In this document: positions 17,967 to 27,778 of the stretch, piece after piece
How the letters are laid out: each line of letters starts with the position of its first letter
Numbering within the stretch: the stretch's first letter is position 1
IMG/VR virus record: IMGVR_UViG_3300019487_000017
DNA length: 64,000 nucleotides
From: a virus
Strand: one strand, 5' to 3'
Position numbers and translations under genes: made by a program
The notes under the pieces: generated by a model
What the model saw: only the letters and a program-made list of their open reading frames with translations
Database searches by the model: none
Told to the model about the DNA's origin: nothing

Positions 17967-18977
17967 ATGAAATTTAAAAGAATAGAATTAGAAAATGTAT
18001 GTGGTTATAGAAAAGCCATTTTTGAATTAGACCCAAATCTTAATATGTTTTTCGGTCCTAATGGATGCGGGAAAAGCAATATTTTATATATCGCAAATAT
18101 TCTATGCTCACCGAAAAGATTTATCGGTCGAGACATGAGCATGTATTTTAGAAAAATGATGTTTCATAAAGATTATAACCCTGGCTATCAAGACAGCTAT
18201 TTTACAACATTTGAACATATAATGAAGATGAAAGGGGTTTTTGAAGATAATAAGGGTAAGGAATACATTGTTGAATTAGAAGCAGATCCTGAGAATATAT
18301 CTAAAATGGAAGATGTATCTGATGATCCTGATAAGCTTGCTCAATATGAAGGCTTAATTAAAAAAGTTGGAGTTGTAAGAAATGATTTACCAGAAGATAA
18401 ACTTGAATACGCATTTTTATCTGATGCAGATAATCCTTCAAACCTTAGTAAATTTCAGATAGAAGAGAGCGCTGCAGAAAAATTCTTGGATATTGCTGAA
18501 GCTGTGTATGGTTATAAGTGTGCTTTAGATAAAAAAGTAAGAGAAAAAGACAGCCAACGTAAAGAATACATATGGTTCTATACAGATTTTATTGTAGAAA
18601 AAGATGATGATGGAGAAGGCTATCCAAATGTCCGTGTCCATTACCGCCGTATGTCAGATGGAGAAAGAAAGATTGCTACTTTAATCAAACAGTTATGTAG
18701 TCCATTACATACAGACAGAGATATTTATCTTGTAGATAATATTGAAATGCATGTTTATATGCAAAGACATACAAAGTTGGTAGATAAACTACTGGAACAT
18801 TTTCCAGATAAACAATACTTAGCTACAACTCATAGTGCAATTCTTGTGGGTATGTCGGGTATAAAGGGGTATTTGCCACAAAAGAATCTTATCGATGTTA
18901 TCAAGGTTCGTAAAGAAGGTGGAAACGCTGTGCCTGTAAAGATGCCAAAGAAGCGTAAATTACAGAAGCAATCGTAG
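17967..18977 (+). CDS. ABC/SMC-type ATPase (Rad50/SbcC/RecF-like head)
   Basis: GPNGCGKS, MSDGE signature, YLVDNIEMHV, ATTHS. Confidence 0.85.
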   Translation: MKFKRIELENVCGYRKAIFELDPNLNMFFGPNGCGKSNILYIANILCSPKRFIGRDMSMYFRKMMFHKDYNPGYQDSYFTTFEHIMKMKGVFEDNKGKEYIVELEADPENISKMEDVSDDPDKLAQYEGLIKKVGVVRNDLPEDKLEYAFLSDADNPSNLSKFQIEESAAEKFLDIAEAVYGYKCALDKKVREKDSQRKEYIWFYTDFIVEKDDDGEGYPNVRVHYRRMSDGERKIATLIKQLCSPLHTDRDIYLVDNIEMHVYMQRHTKLVDKLLEHFPDKQYLATTHSAILVGMSGIKGYLPQKNLIDVIKVRKEGGNAVPVKMPKKRKLQKQS

Positions 18978-19012
18978 AATTGTGTAACTGTCATAAGTAG
19001 ATTGCAATACTT

Positions 19013-19672
19013 ATGACAGTAGATAACACAAATGACCGGGGTGATTGGATAGAAACATATACAGGGGGTAGATTCTATCCAAAAGATCCACAAGCCGCAG
19101 ATATTAATATTCTTGATATCGCTCATGCCCTTAGCCTTACTTGCAGGTTTGGAGGGCATTGTTCTAGATTTTATTCTATAGCTGAACATAGTGTATATTG
19201 TGCTTTTAAATTGTTGGAGATTGATCCTTTAAGGTGGAATAAGAGATTCTTCCTTCTATCTGCTCTCCTTCATGATGCGTCAGAAGCGTATTTATTGGAT
19301 ATCCCACGCCCAATTAAGAAAATGATGCCCGAATATAAAAAATGGGAAAAACATCTACAAAGTGTCATTAATACCAAATTCAAATTAGATAAAGAGCATT
19401 GCATTTACCCTGAATATTATAGTCAATTCCTTGAAAATATAAAGTTTGTTGATGAATTAATGCTTTTTAGTGAAGCAAAATCATTTAACATGAATAGGAA
19501 TGATGATTGGGTTTTTAATGTAAAAACAACAGACAAAATTCATATTATACCTTTGATGCCCGAAGATGCAGAAAGGCTATTTTTGAATGTTTATGATGCG
19601 ATTTTAACTGATAGCGGAGTTGAGAAATTATATTCTCAACTGAAATATTATTCTTGCCGAGATTTAAAATGA
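19013..19672 (+). CDS. HD-domain 5'-deoxynucleotidase (YfbR/YfdR-like)
   Basis: DIAHALSLTCRFGGH, YSIAEHS, LLHDASEAYLLDIPRPIK. Confidence 0.88.
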   Translation: MTVDNTNDRGDWIETYTGGRFYPKDPQAADINILDIAHALSLTCRFGGHCSRFYSIAEHSVYCAFKLLEIDPLRWNKRFFLLSALLHDASEAYLLDIPRPIKKMMPEYKKWEKHLQSVINTKFKLDKEHCIYPEYYSQFLENIKFVDELMLFSEAKSFNMNRNDDWVFNVKTTDKIHIIPLMPEDAERLFLNVYDAILTDSGVEKLYSQLKYYSCRDLK

Positions 19673-20229
19673 CACATAGATTTAAGCGTATCAATTACTA
19701 CGGCGGTCCTGGTAGCGGTAAATCAACCACTGCTGCATTAACTTTTGCTAACCTCCGTCTTTGTCAATACGAAACTGACTGGGTACAAGAGCCAATAAAA
19801 CATTGGACTTATATTGATCGGGCTCCAACTGGATATGATCAGAATACAATATTTTCTAAACAGGTAGAGTTAGAAGATATTTGTTTAAGAAATAACAAGT
19901 TGGATTTTGTAGTGAATGATGCACCTCTTTTAATGCATTGTTACTATGGATATAAATACAAAAGACCGGGATGGCAAGCCAATTTGGAGCTTGCTCGTGT
20001 ATTTGAATCTGATTATCCCTCAATTAATATCTTTTTGAATCGTGGTGATATCAAATATTCCGAAGTCGGTAGATATCAAAACGAGTCGGAAGCAAAAGCG
20101 ATGGATGCTGATATTTTAAGCTTTGTCAGAAGTGAAATATCGGTAGTAGAATTTAAAACAACTGAATTTGCTATAATTATTGATTACATAAAGAACTTGT
20201 TAGGAGAGCCAGTTAATGATGGAAAATAA
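19654..20229 (+). CDS. P-loop kinase (AAA_28/NadR-like)
   Basis: GGPGSGKST; VVNDAPLL; GRYQNESEA. Confidence 0.75.
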   Translation: MPRFKMTHRFKRINYYGGPGSGKSTTAALTFANLRLCQYETDWVQEPIKHWTYIDRAPTGYDQNTIFSKQVELEDICLRNNKLDFVVNDAPLLMHCYYGYKYKRPGWQANLELARVFESDYPSINIFLNRGDIKYSEVGRYQNESEAKAMDADILSFVRSEISVVEFKTTEFAIIIDYIKNLLGEPVNDGK

Positions 20230-20866
20230 TATAGATAAGTGGACTCGTAAATTTATGAAAATAGCGAAAGTTATTGCAGAAGATAACCAAGCATGTCATT
20301 CTCGTAAAATTGGAGTAGTTATTGTAAGCAATGATAATCGTCTTATTTCTATGGGATATAATGGTAGTGTAGAAGGCGCTCCACATAATGATAGCGAACA
20401 ATATCTTGCTCATTTATGGGCTAATCTTTTAAATGAGGATCAGAAGATAAAAGCAGTAGCAAAACATAACTTAGATAATGTTATAATAGAAAATTCCTGC
20501 CATTTAGATAGGGCAACTTGCGATGGCTATGGAGAAGATTTTGTAAGAAAATTTACTAATTGTGGTACTTGTCCTCGTCGATTATTAGATTTACCATCTG
20601 GTGTTGGATTGGAATATTGTAATTGTTCACATGCTGAACGTAATGCTATTTTTAATGCTGCAAGAAAAGGTATAGCAACTGAAGGCGCTAAGATAATATG
20701 CTGGTGTGGAGTTCCCTGTCATGATTGCTCAATTGCTATTGTACAAGCTGGAATAAAGAAAGTTTATTGTTTAGAAACAACTGGCCCCGATTATAGTGTT
20801 TCTAGTCGTGGAATTTTTCAAATGGCTGGAGTTGAACTTAACAGGATAAATCCTGAACTTATATGA
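20216..20866 (+). CDS. dCMP deaminase-like zinc deaminase with insertion
   Basis: MGYNG, HAERNAI, PCHDC. Confidence 0.88.
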   Translation: MMENNIDKWTRKFMKIAKVIAEDNQACHSRKIGVVIVSNDNRLISMGYNGSVEGAPHNDSEQYLAHLWANLLNEDQKIKAVAKHNLDNVIIENSCHLDRATCDGYGEDFVRKFTNCGTCPRRLLDLPSGVGLEYCNCSHAERNAIFNAARKGIATEGAKIICWCGVPCHDCSIAIVQAGIKKVYCLETTGPDYSVSSRGIFQMAGVELNRINPELI

Positions 20867-21309
20867 ATAAAAAAATAGAAAAACTTCAATTACGATTATT
20901 ACAAGATTTCGGGTGTGATAATGAAATTATTTGTAAAGGTTCGATAGGTATAGTAGTTGATGTTACAGAATTAGCTTCCGATAATCCTTGGTATACAGTT
21001 CAATTTGATGATGCTGATATAGATGGTTGGCCCGAAAGATTTCCAGCGGCAGGTTGGCCCGCTGCTTGTCCGATTTATACAATTCAAAATAATATTAGTG
21101 ATAAGATTGATTTTATTGTTGAGCCGATAACTGAAGAAACAAAAATCAGATTTGAAAATCGTAAAAGATGGTTAACTGCTATTGTTATCCTACAAAATTC
21201 GTGGGAAAATGCTTACAAAAATAATCTTTTAAGTAAAAAGAAACATCATAAAGTATGTGATTTAGTAAAATTAGGGGTTACACATCCAATGGTAAAGGCG
21301 TATCTATGA
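20863..21309 (+). CDS. Hypothetical protein
   Basis: 148-aa ORF, ATGA overlap. Confidence 0.7.
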   Translation: MNKKIEKLQLRLLQDFGCDNEIICKGSIGIVVDVTELASDNPWYTVQFDDADIDGWPERFPAAGWPAACPIYTIQNNISDKIDFIVEPITEETKIRFENRKRWLTAIVILQNSWENAYKNNLLSKKKHHKVCDLVKLGVTHPMVKAYL

Positions 21310-21485
21310 GAGTTCAAGAAGCCCAAGAAGAACTAGATGATATGTTGAGTTATATTCGTTATAACTCTATGTCAGTGAAGGTTAAACTAGCAACTGAATA
21401 TGGTGGTAAAGAAGAAATATTTTTAACAGATCTTGATAATCTGATTGTAATAGAAAATTGTGAACTAGAAAAGAAAAAGGATTAA
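21306..21485 (+). CDS. Small hypothetical protein (59 aa, not in ORF track)
   Basis: MRVQEAQEELDD...; overlaps the preceding stop and ends 2 nt before the next ATG. Confidence 0.6.
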   Translation: MRVQEAQEELDDMLSYIRYNSMSVKVKLATEYGGKEEIFLTDLDNLIVIENCELEKKKD

Positions 21486-21487
21486 AT

Positions 21488-21790
21488 ATGCCATACATAA
21501 AACAAGAACGTAGACCTTTGTTTGAGGTTGCCATTCAAAAGGTTCTGGATGAATTAGGTCATGTTATAACTAGTGAAGGCAAAGATGATTATGATGAGAA
21601 TTTGGCAAAAGGGGATTTGAACTATATCATTTATTCAATCATTAAAAGACATATTGAAGTAAGGGGAATGAAATATCACCGATTGAATGACTTTGTTGGC
21701 GGTGTGATGAGTTGTTGCCAAATGGAGCTGTATAGAAAACTAGCAGCTCCTTATGAAGATGATTGTATAAAAAGAAATGGAGACGTTTAA
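21488..21790 (+). CDS. Conserved phage protein (DUF6899-like)
   Basis: MPYIKQERR, GDLNYII, ELYRKLAAPYED.CIKRNGDV. Confidence 0.75.
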   Translation: MPYIKQERRPLFEVAIQKVLDELGHVITSEGKDDYDENLAKGDLNYIIYSIIKRHIEVRGMKYHRLNDFVGGVMSCCQMELYRKLAAPYEDDCIKRNGDV

Positions 21791-22020
21791 TGAGAAATAC
21801 AAAAGTAGTACCAGTTAAAAGAACGTTTATAGCATTAAAATCTTTGGCAAGAGACGATAATGAACGTTCTTTATTTAATCATGAATATGATGAGCTACCA
21901 AGGCTTTTAGATTTGAAATGGGTTCGTTGGAAAAACTGGGGTGGTGACTATGAAACAGTTGTATTAACAGCTAAGGGTAAAAGAGTTGCAAAAGAACAGG
22001 GTTTTAAAGTATATAAATGA
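21790..22020 (+). CDS. Hypothetical protein
   Basis: ORF track 21763-22020; ATG 21790 overlaps the preceding stop. Confidence 0.6.
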   Translation: MRNTKVVPVKRTFIALKSLARDDNERSLFNHEYDELPRLLDLKWVRWKNWGGDYETVVLTAKGKRVAKEQGFKVYK

Positions 22021-22032
22021 ATACGATCCATT

Positions 22033-22659
22033 ATGTTAACTGTTTTTCAGACCAAAATACAGTCAGAAGTTATTACTTATTTAGAAGAGAATCGTCATCT
22101 TTTAGCTCCTGATTTTTCATCCTATGCAAAAGAGAGGATGAGAGCTTGGATTGGAGCAGAAGCCCCTTTAACTGAAAAGGGAGAATTTATAATAGCTCCG
22201 TTTGGTTATGATTCTCGTTTATGGATATGGTTAAAGAAGTTTTGTAAATATCATTTATCTTTTGAACCAGAATTAGCACTATTGCATGTTGGAGGGGCAG
22301 ATTGCGGAGAACCTGAAGAAAACCCATTTCAAGGTGGTGGAGGACAATGTGGTATAAGACAACATCGTGACGCAGGATATGCTGATTATTTGGCTGTGGG
22401 TATAAATCTTATTGGAGAAGCTACTTTTGGGTATCGTTGTGAATACACTGAACAGTATAAATGGACTAAAGAACGGAATAATCCAGCTCCTTTAGAACAT
22501 GTAAAAATGATAGCAGGTACATGTGTAAAATTCAACTGTAAAAATCCGCATTTTGCTCAAGTTGGACCTAATAGATGGTGTATTAATGCTTGGCGAGTTT
22601 CTGAAAAAAGACGAGCTGATTTTGAAAAATTTATAGTTGATAAATCTTTATCTATATAA
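22033..22659 (+). CDS. Putative 2OG-Fe(II) dioxygenase (AlkB-like)
   Basis: IRQHRDAG (HxD), distal PH, RWCINAWR. Confidence 0.6.
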   Translation: MLTVFQTKIQSEVITYLEENRHLLAPDFSSYAKERMRAWIGAEAPLTEKGEFIIAPFGYDSRLWIWLKKFCKYHLSFEPELALLHVGGADCGEPEENPFQGGGGQCGIRQHRDAGYADYLAVGINLIGEATFGYRCEYTEQYKWTKERNNPAPLEHVKMIAGTCVKFNCKNPHFAQVGPNRWCINAWRVSEKRRADFEKFIVDKSLSI

Positions 22660-22942
22660 GGTTTTGATTATGCCATACCATTCTAAACTTATTCCAGTAG
22701 GCAAAGTGGGAGAAATATCAAAGATAGAAGAAGAGATTGCTGAACTTAAAGACGCCGTTAATCAAAATAATAAGGTAATGGCATTGGTAGAATTATCAGA
22801 TATTTGTGGTTCTATTATTTGTTATCTTGAAAAGCATTTTCCAGATATATCTATTGAAGATTTGATAATAATGTCAAAGTGTACTATTTCTGCTTTTAAA
22901 GATGGTACAAGATCTTCAAAAACAGAGTTATATAGACGATAA
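22637..22942 (+). CDS. MazG-like nucleotide pyrophosphohydrolase
   Basis: KIEEEIAELKDA...VELSDICG. Confidence 0.6.
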   Translation: MINLYLYKVLIMPYHSKLIPVGKVGEISKIEEEIAELKDAVNQNNKVMALVELSDICGSIICYLEKHFPDISIEDLIIMSKCTISAFKDGTRSSKTELYRR

Positions 22943-23621
22943 TATTAAGATGAGAATTTACCCTCCGATAAATTATCTTTTAATCGCTAAAGCTATAGAA
23001 TACTATGTTCAAAACGGTTACAAATATATTGAAGTTCCCTGGGTTGTTTCTTCAGAAGCTTTGAATATTACTTGTCCCAAGATTTATAAGATGAGATTCA
23101 AAGACAAAAGCACTGTTTATTCTGGTGAACAATCATTTTTACAAATGATATTAGATTATAAATTAATGCCTGGTAAATATGTGTGTGCGACACCATGTTT
23201 TCGCCCAGGTGATGAAACCGTATCCAATTTACATTTTAACACATTTTTTAAAGTAGAATTAATAAATTTTTTAGGTAGAGCATGTTTGGGAGATCAAGAT
23301 ACTAACAAACTATTAGATGAAATGGTTAATACCTGTCAATCTTTTTATAAAAGTGTTTTAGATAATCCAAATCTATTTTCTGATAAAATGGATATTCATG
23401 TAGAGAAAACAAAAGATGAGGAACGTCATTTGTGCATGACTTTATCCAGTTGCGATATTGTTACAAATGATGACATAGAGATAGGATCATATGGAGTTCG
23501 TTTAACAAATGATCCAACAGAAAAAAGTATCTTATGGATATATGGGACCGGATTAGCTTTGCCAAGATTTACATTAGCAACATCTTTACGGAAGGAATTT
23601 CATCTCTCCTACTGTAAATAA
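22902..23621 (+). CDS. Stand-alone class II aminoacyl-tRNA synthetase-like catalytic domain
   Basis: YIEVPW, SGEQSFL, TPCFR (motif 2), FFKVEL, EIGSYG, GTGLALPR (motif 3); no anticodon-binding domain. Confidence 0.65.
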   Translation: MVQDLQKQSYIDDNIKMRIYPPINYLLIAKAIEYYVQNGYKYIEVPWVVSSEALNITCPKIYKMRFKDKSTVYSGEQSFLQMILDYKLMPGKYVCATPCFRPGDETVSNLHFNTFFKVELINFLGRACLGDQDTNKLLDEMVNTCQSFYKSVLDNPNLFSDKMDIHVEKTKDEERHLCMTLSSCDIVTNDDIEIGSYGVRLTNDPTEKSILWIYGTGLALPRFTLATSLRKEFHLSYCK

Positions 23622-23648
23622 ATAGTTTGCCAATTTATATAATAGATT

Positions 23649-24383
23649 ATGATATTAAATGGAAAAAAGATTCGGGTAAATCCTAATATTTTTCATCCAT
23701 CTTCTGGAACAGAATTGGGTGGACGGTTTGGGATTATAGTTAAATCTTGTGATCCTTATTTTTTGGTTGAATTAGATACACCTCTCCAGGGAAGTAACCG
23801 TTCTAGAATAAGTCTCCATTGGAGTAACTTTAAATGTTGTCCTATGAGTGATAAAGAGACTTTGTTGCAAACCGCCTAAACACATATCACATGAACAGTA
23901 ACATTACGATTCCTTGTCCATGTGGAAATAAATATGATTCTCCTAAAGGCAGGTTCCATACTTGTCCTAAATGTTTACATGTATGGGATTTAAGACCTGA
24001 TATACCAAAAAATCAAAAAATCCCTGTTGGTCCGATGAAGATGCAACATCAAACCAAACAAGATGTAAAATCTATTTTAGAAAGAGCTACCAATGTCTAA
24101 ATCCAAATCGTATAAAAGTCCATTAGAAAAAATTTGTAATAAATATGATATAAGGATAGAAACGGGAAAAGGCGTTATCATTGCACAGCATGAGTTAGAT
24201 CATCTTATTTCTAAAAAAGATAGTGTGGAAATAAAGTTTAATTTTGATGACAAAGCGTTTAAAACTATTACAAATTTAGCAAAGAGATTAAATGTATCAA
24301 TTTATGCTGTAATATATTATGCATTACAATGTTCGATTAAAGAGGGGAAAAATCCAAAATCACATTATGAAGTGAAACTATGA
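23649..24383 (+). other. Three small hypothetical CDS (23649-23879, 23891-24100 zinc ribbon, 24093-24383)
   Basis: Tiled + strand ORFs; CPCG...CPKC in the second. Confidence 0.6.
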
Positions 24384-24404
24384 TTATTATAATTAGCTGG
24401 AGAT

Positions 24405-25580
24405 ATGCTATCGAATATATTTTTCCAGTTAATATCCGGTGACAATATACAATATCTTAAGCGTTTGCCACGCAATTCCATTCATTGTATAATAACAAGC
24501 CCGCCATATTATCCACAAATTAGAGATTATGGAATTCCCGCATCCATTTGGTTAGATGGTTGGGTTGGATGTCTGGGATATGAAGATACGCCAGAACAAT
24601 ATGCAGATCATCTTGTAGAAATATTTGGATATGCTTCTGAAGCTCTTCGAGATGATGGATCATTGTGGGTAAATATTGGAGATTCTTATGCTAAAACTAA
24701 TAAATGGAAGAATTCTGGTATATATAAGAAAGATTTAATAGGTTCTCCCTGGATATTTGCTTTTGCAATGAGAAAAGCGGGGTGGTATTTACGAAACGAT
24801 CAGATATGGCAAAAGCCTAATGCTATGCCTGAGAGCGTAAAGGATAGATGTGGCAGAAGTCACGAATATCTCTTCCATTTTGCTAAAACAGAATATAATT
24901 ATTTTGATCATTTATCTGCTAGAGAACCAGCTTCAGAAAGCAGTTTAAAGAGAATTGCTCAGAAGAATTTTGCAAACCAAAAAGGTGGGGAAAAAGATTT
25001 TGGTAAGACAAATGTTAATGCAAGCCGCTCCGCAAGAAAAACAATAGAGAATTTTGCTAAAAATCCTGGAAGAAATAAAAGAACTGTTTGGACTATCCCT
25101 ACAGCTAATTCCCGTATAAAGCATTTTGCTGCCTATCCCACAGACTTACCCAAATATTGTATCCAATTATCTACTTCTCAAGGTGGATGTTGTTCGGAAT
25201 GTGGAGAACCATTTATACGTCAAAACAAACGAGAAAGGATAGCAACTCGTCCTGGAACGAATTGTAAAGAAGATAAAACTAAGAAGGCAAATAGAGATCC
25301 TTTGAGACATATATCTATATATACTACATTGGGTTGGATGAAAACTTGTAAGTGCGAAACAGAAGAAATACAACCTCCTATTGTACTGGACCCATTTAAT
25401 GGTAGCGGCACAACAGGCGTTGCTGCTCTAAATTTGGGTTGCAGTTATATAGGAATAGATAACAATAGTGAATATATAGAAATGTCGAGAAAACGTTTAA
25501 AAGCTATTAACCCAGTTTTTAGTAGAGAACAAATAATATTTAAGGAATTAAATAATGATAATTCGTTATCCAGGAGGTAA
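24405..25580 (+). CDS. DNA methyltransferase, N4-C/N6-A beta class, with zinc-finger insertion
   Basis: TSPPYY, KPNAMPESVKDR, HFAAYP, CCSECG, DPFNGSGTTG. Confidence 0.9.
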   Translation: MLSNIFFQLISGDNIQYLKRLPRNSIHCIITSPPYYPQIRDYGIPASIWLDGWVGCLGYEDTPEQYADHLVEIFGYASEALRDDGSLWVNIGDSYAKTNKWKNSGIYKKDLIGSPWIFAFAMRKAGWYLRNDQIWQKPNAMPESVKDRCGRSHEYLFHFAKTEYNYFDHLSAREPASESSLKRIAQKNFANQKGGEKDFGKTNVNASRSARKTIENFAKNPGRNKRTVWTIPTANSRIKHFAAYPTDLPKYCIQLSTSQGGCCSECGEPFIRQNKRERIATRPGTNCKEDKTKKANRDPLRHISIYTTLGWMKTCKCETEEIQPPIVLDPFNGSGTTGVAALNLGCSYIGIDNNSEYIEMSRKRLKAINPVFSREQIIFKELNNDNSLSRR

Positions 25581-26457
25581 GGGTAAATTAACAGATCGTA
25601 TTATTGGCATCATTAAAAGATATGTAGATTCTCAAAAAGGACAGATTCACTATATAGAACCGTTTTTTGGTTCTGGGGCGATAGGATTAGCTTTACTCCC
25701 TTTGTGTAATGTCCAAACTGCGTATTTTAACGATATAGATCCTGGTATTGCTGCTTTATGGAGAACCATAAAATTTCAACCAGAAAAGCTAATAGAACGA
25801 ATACAAAATTTTTGCCCAACTGTTGAAATTTTTCATACTTATAAAAAAATATTAATTGAACAAAGTGTGAATATCGATTTATCTCCAGAGAATGATGAGA
25901 TAGTAGATATAGCCTTTAAGAAGTTAGCGGTTCACCAATTATCATTTTCTGGTCTTGGGACTAAGAGTGGTGGACCGATTGGCGGCAATGAACAGAAATC
26001 AGATTACAAGGTAGATTGTCGTTGGTCGCCAAATAGTTTAGTTCCTAACATAAGGAGAATTCATAGGTTACTTAATGAGAGGCGGATAGAAATAAGAAAT
26101 AGGCAATTTAATTTATCTTTGACTGATGAAAAGAATACTTTTGTTTATTTAGACCCTCCTTATTACATAAAAGGTCCAGGTTTATATCAGTTTTATTTTG
26201 ATCGTCGTCATCATGAACTTCTGGCCAAGATTTTAAAAACTTATCAGAATCCTTGGTTATTATCTTATGACGATTGTGCGGAAATAAGATATTTATATTC
26301 TTTTGCTCACATTGAAAAAGTAAGCTTGAATTATTCAATTAATGGTGCTACATCTAAAAATGAACTTTTAATTACATCTAAGGAAAATTCTTACCTATTA
26401 GAAAGCAAAAAAGCAAAACGTTTTGATTATTTTGCTAAAGACGAGAAGAAATTATGA
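25555..26457 (+). CDS. Dam-like (D12 class) DNA adenine methyltransferase
   Basis: RYPGGKG, EPFFGSGA, NDID, YLDPPYY, LSYDD. Confidence 0.9.
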   Translation: MIIRYPGGKGKLTDRIIGIIKRYVDSQKGQIHYIEPFFGSGAIGLALLPLCNVQTAYFNDIDPGIAALWRTIKFQPEKLIERIQNFCPTVEIFHTYKKILIEQSVNIDLSPENDEIVDIAFKKLAVHQLSFSGLGTKSGGPIGGNEQKSDYKVDCRWSPNSLVPNIRRIHRLLNERRIEIRNRQFNLSLTDEKNTFVYLDPPYYIKGPGLYQFYFDRRHHELLAKILKTYQNPWLLSYDDCAEIRYLYSFAHIEKVSLNYSINGATSKNELLITSKENSYLLESKKAKRFDYFAKDEKKL

Positions 26458-27137
26458 GTGAAGCAATCAACAATACGGAAGAGAGAAAAGAGCCGGTCCA
26501 GAAGATATTCTTGACATCAGATCATCATTTTGGTCATGAGAATATCATTAGGTATACTGGTAGACCATTTAAAGATATCTATGAAATGGATGAATGTCTT
26601 ATTGAGAACTGGAATAAAACAGTTTCCAAAAGAGACTTGGTATATCATGTTGGGGATATATTTGTATGTTCAAAACGTCTTTTTAGAAACCCATCACAAC
26701 ATGCGGAAAACATTCGTCGTCGTTTAAACGGACAAATCTTTTTAATTAAAGGTAATCATGAAGCGGTTGCCAGTGATTTACCTCATTTGTTTGGTTGGGT
26801 CAGAGATTATTATAAGTTAAAAGTGACAGATCCTGATACAGATAGGGGTACGCAAGAAATCGTTTTATTTCATTATCCTATTGAGGTGTGGGATAAATCA
26901 CATCATGGTGCTTGGCATTGTTGTGGTCATTCTCATAACTCTTTTCATCGTACTAGACATTGTGATCCTACGGATAGTGGAAAACGTTTGGACGTAGGTA
27001 TCGATTCAGCGGCTTTTTATCTTGGAAAGGGAGAATTGCTGCCGGAAAATTACCGTCCTCTTAGCTATGATGAAGTGAAATCTATTATGGCTAAAAAGAA
27101 GTTTAAATCTTGCGATCATCATGGAGCAGAAGAATAA
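26454..27137 (+). CDS. Calcineurin-like metallophosphoesterase
   Basis: SDHHFGH, VGD, GNHE, FHYP, GHSH, DVGID. Confidence 0.9.
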   Translation: MSEAINNTEERKEPVQKIFLTSDHHFGHENIIRYTGRPFKDIYEMDECLIENWNKTVSKRDLVYHVGDIFVCSKRLFRNPSQHAENIRRRLNGQIFLIKGNHEAVASDLPHLFGWVRDYYKLKVTDPDTDRGTQEIVLFHYPIEVWDKSHHGAWHCCGHSHNSFHRTRHCDPTDSGKRLDVGIDSAAFYLGKGELLPENYRPLSYDEVKSIMAKKKFKSCDHHGAEE

Positions 27138-27778
27138 TGACCAATGAATTACTCGAAAAAATTTACGAACCGTCATCATTATCATCATTGATGCTTTCTG
27201 CATGTAAAGTTCATGCAAGAACAGTAAAGGATAATTATGCTGTAAGGAGGCAAAAAGATAAGATAAAAAAGATACAAGACAGGTACATAGGAAAATGCTC
27301 GGAATGGAAAGTTTATAACAGTTTTTTACCTTTATTCTCAAATATTACAGAGCCTGATATGCGGGTATTAAAGGTTGAAGAGAAATCGTGGGAGCCCGAT
27401 TTATATATAGGTAAATTGCCTGTGATTGTAAAGAGTTGTAGTCCAATAACACGTAGGAAATATTGTTTATCATGGATGTTTAGTGCATCGAAGAAAAAAG
27501 GAAAGGGTAAAGATATAGAAGTTTTTGGAGATGATGTAAAAGATAAACTGTGTGCTTTTGTTCTCGGAGACACAGTAAATAACGTTTTCCAGATAAGAGT
27601 GCTAGTTCCATTATATACTTTGTTAAAAGAGGACTTATTTTCATCCCCTAAAGTTTTTCATCTCCAGGAATACAAAAAATCAGTTTATGCTTGTGATTTA
27701 TCAATCAAAGGTTATCGTTATAATGAAATAAATGATTCAGTTTATAAACTCTTTAATTCATATGGAGAAAAACTATGA
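27137..27778 (+). CDS. Hypothetical protein
   Basis: ORF track 27110-27778; ATG 27137 preferred. Confidence 0.6.
   Translation: MTNELLEKIYEPSSLSSLMLSACKVHARTVKDNYAVRRQKDKIKKIQDRYIGKCSEWKVYNSFLPLFSNITEPDMRVLKVEEKSWEPDLYIGKLPVIVKSCSPITRRKYCLSWMFSASKKKGKGKDIEVFGDDVKDKLCAFVLGDTVNNVFQIRVLVPLYTLLKEDLFSSPKVFHLQEYKKSVYACDLSIKGYRYNEINDSVYKLFNSYGEKL

Noticed and set aside
17629-18977. Septu-like (ATPase plus HNH) defence pair
   Set aside because: Genes are divergent rather than co-transcribed, and the HNH is a small free-standing type
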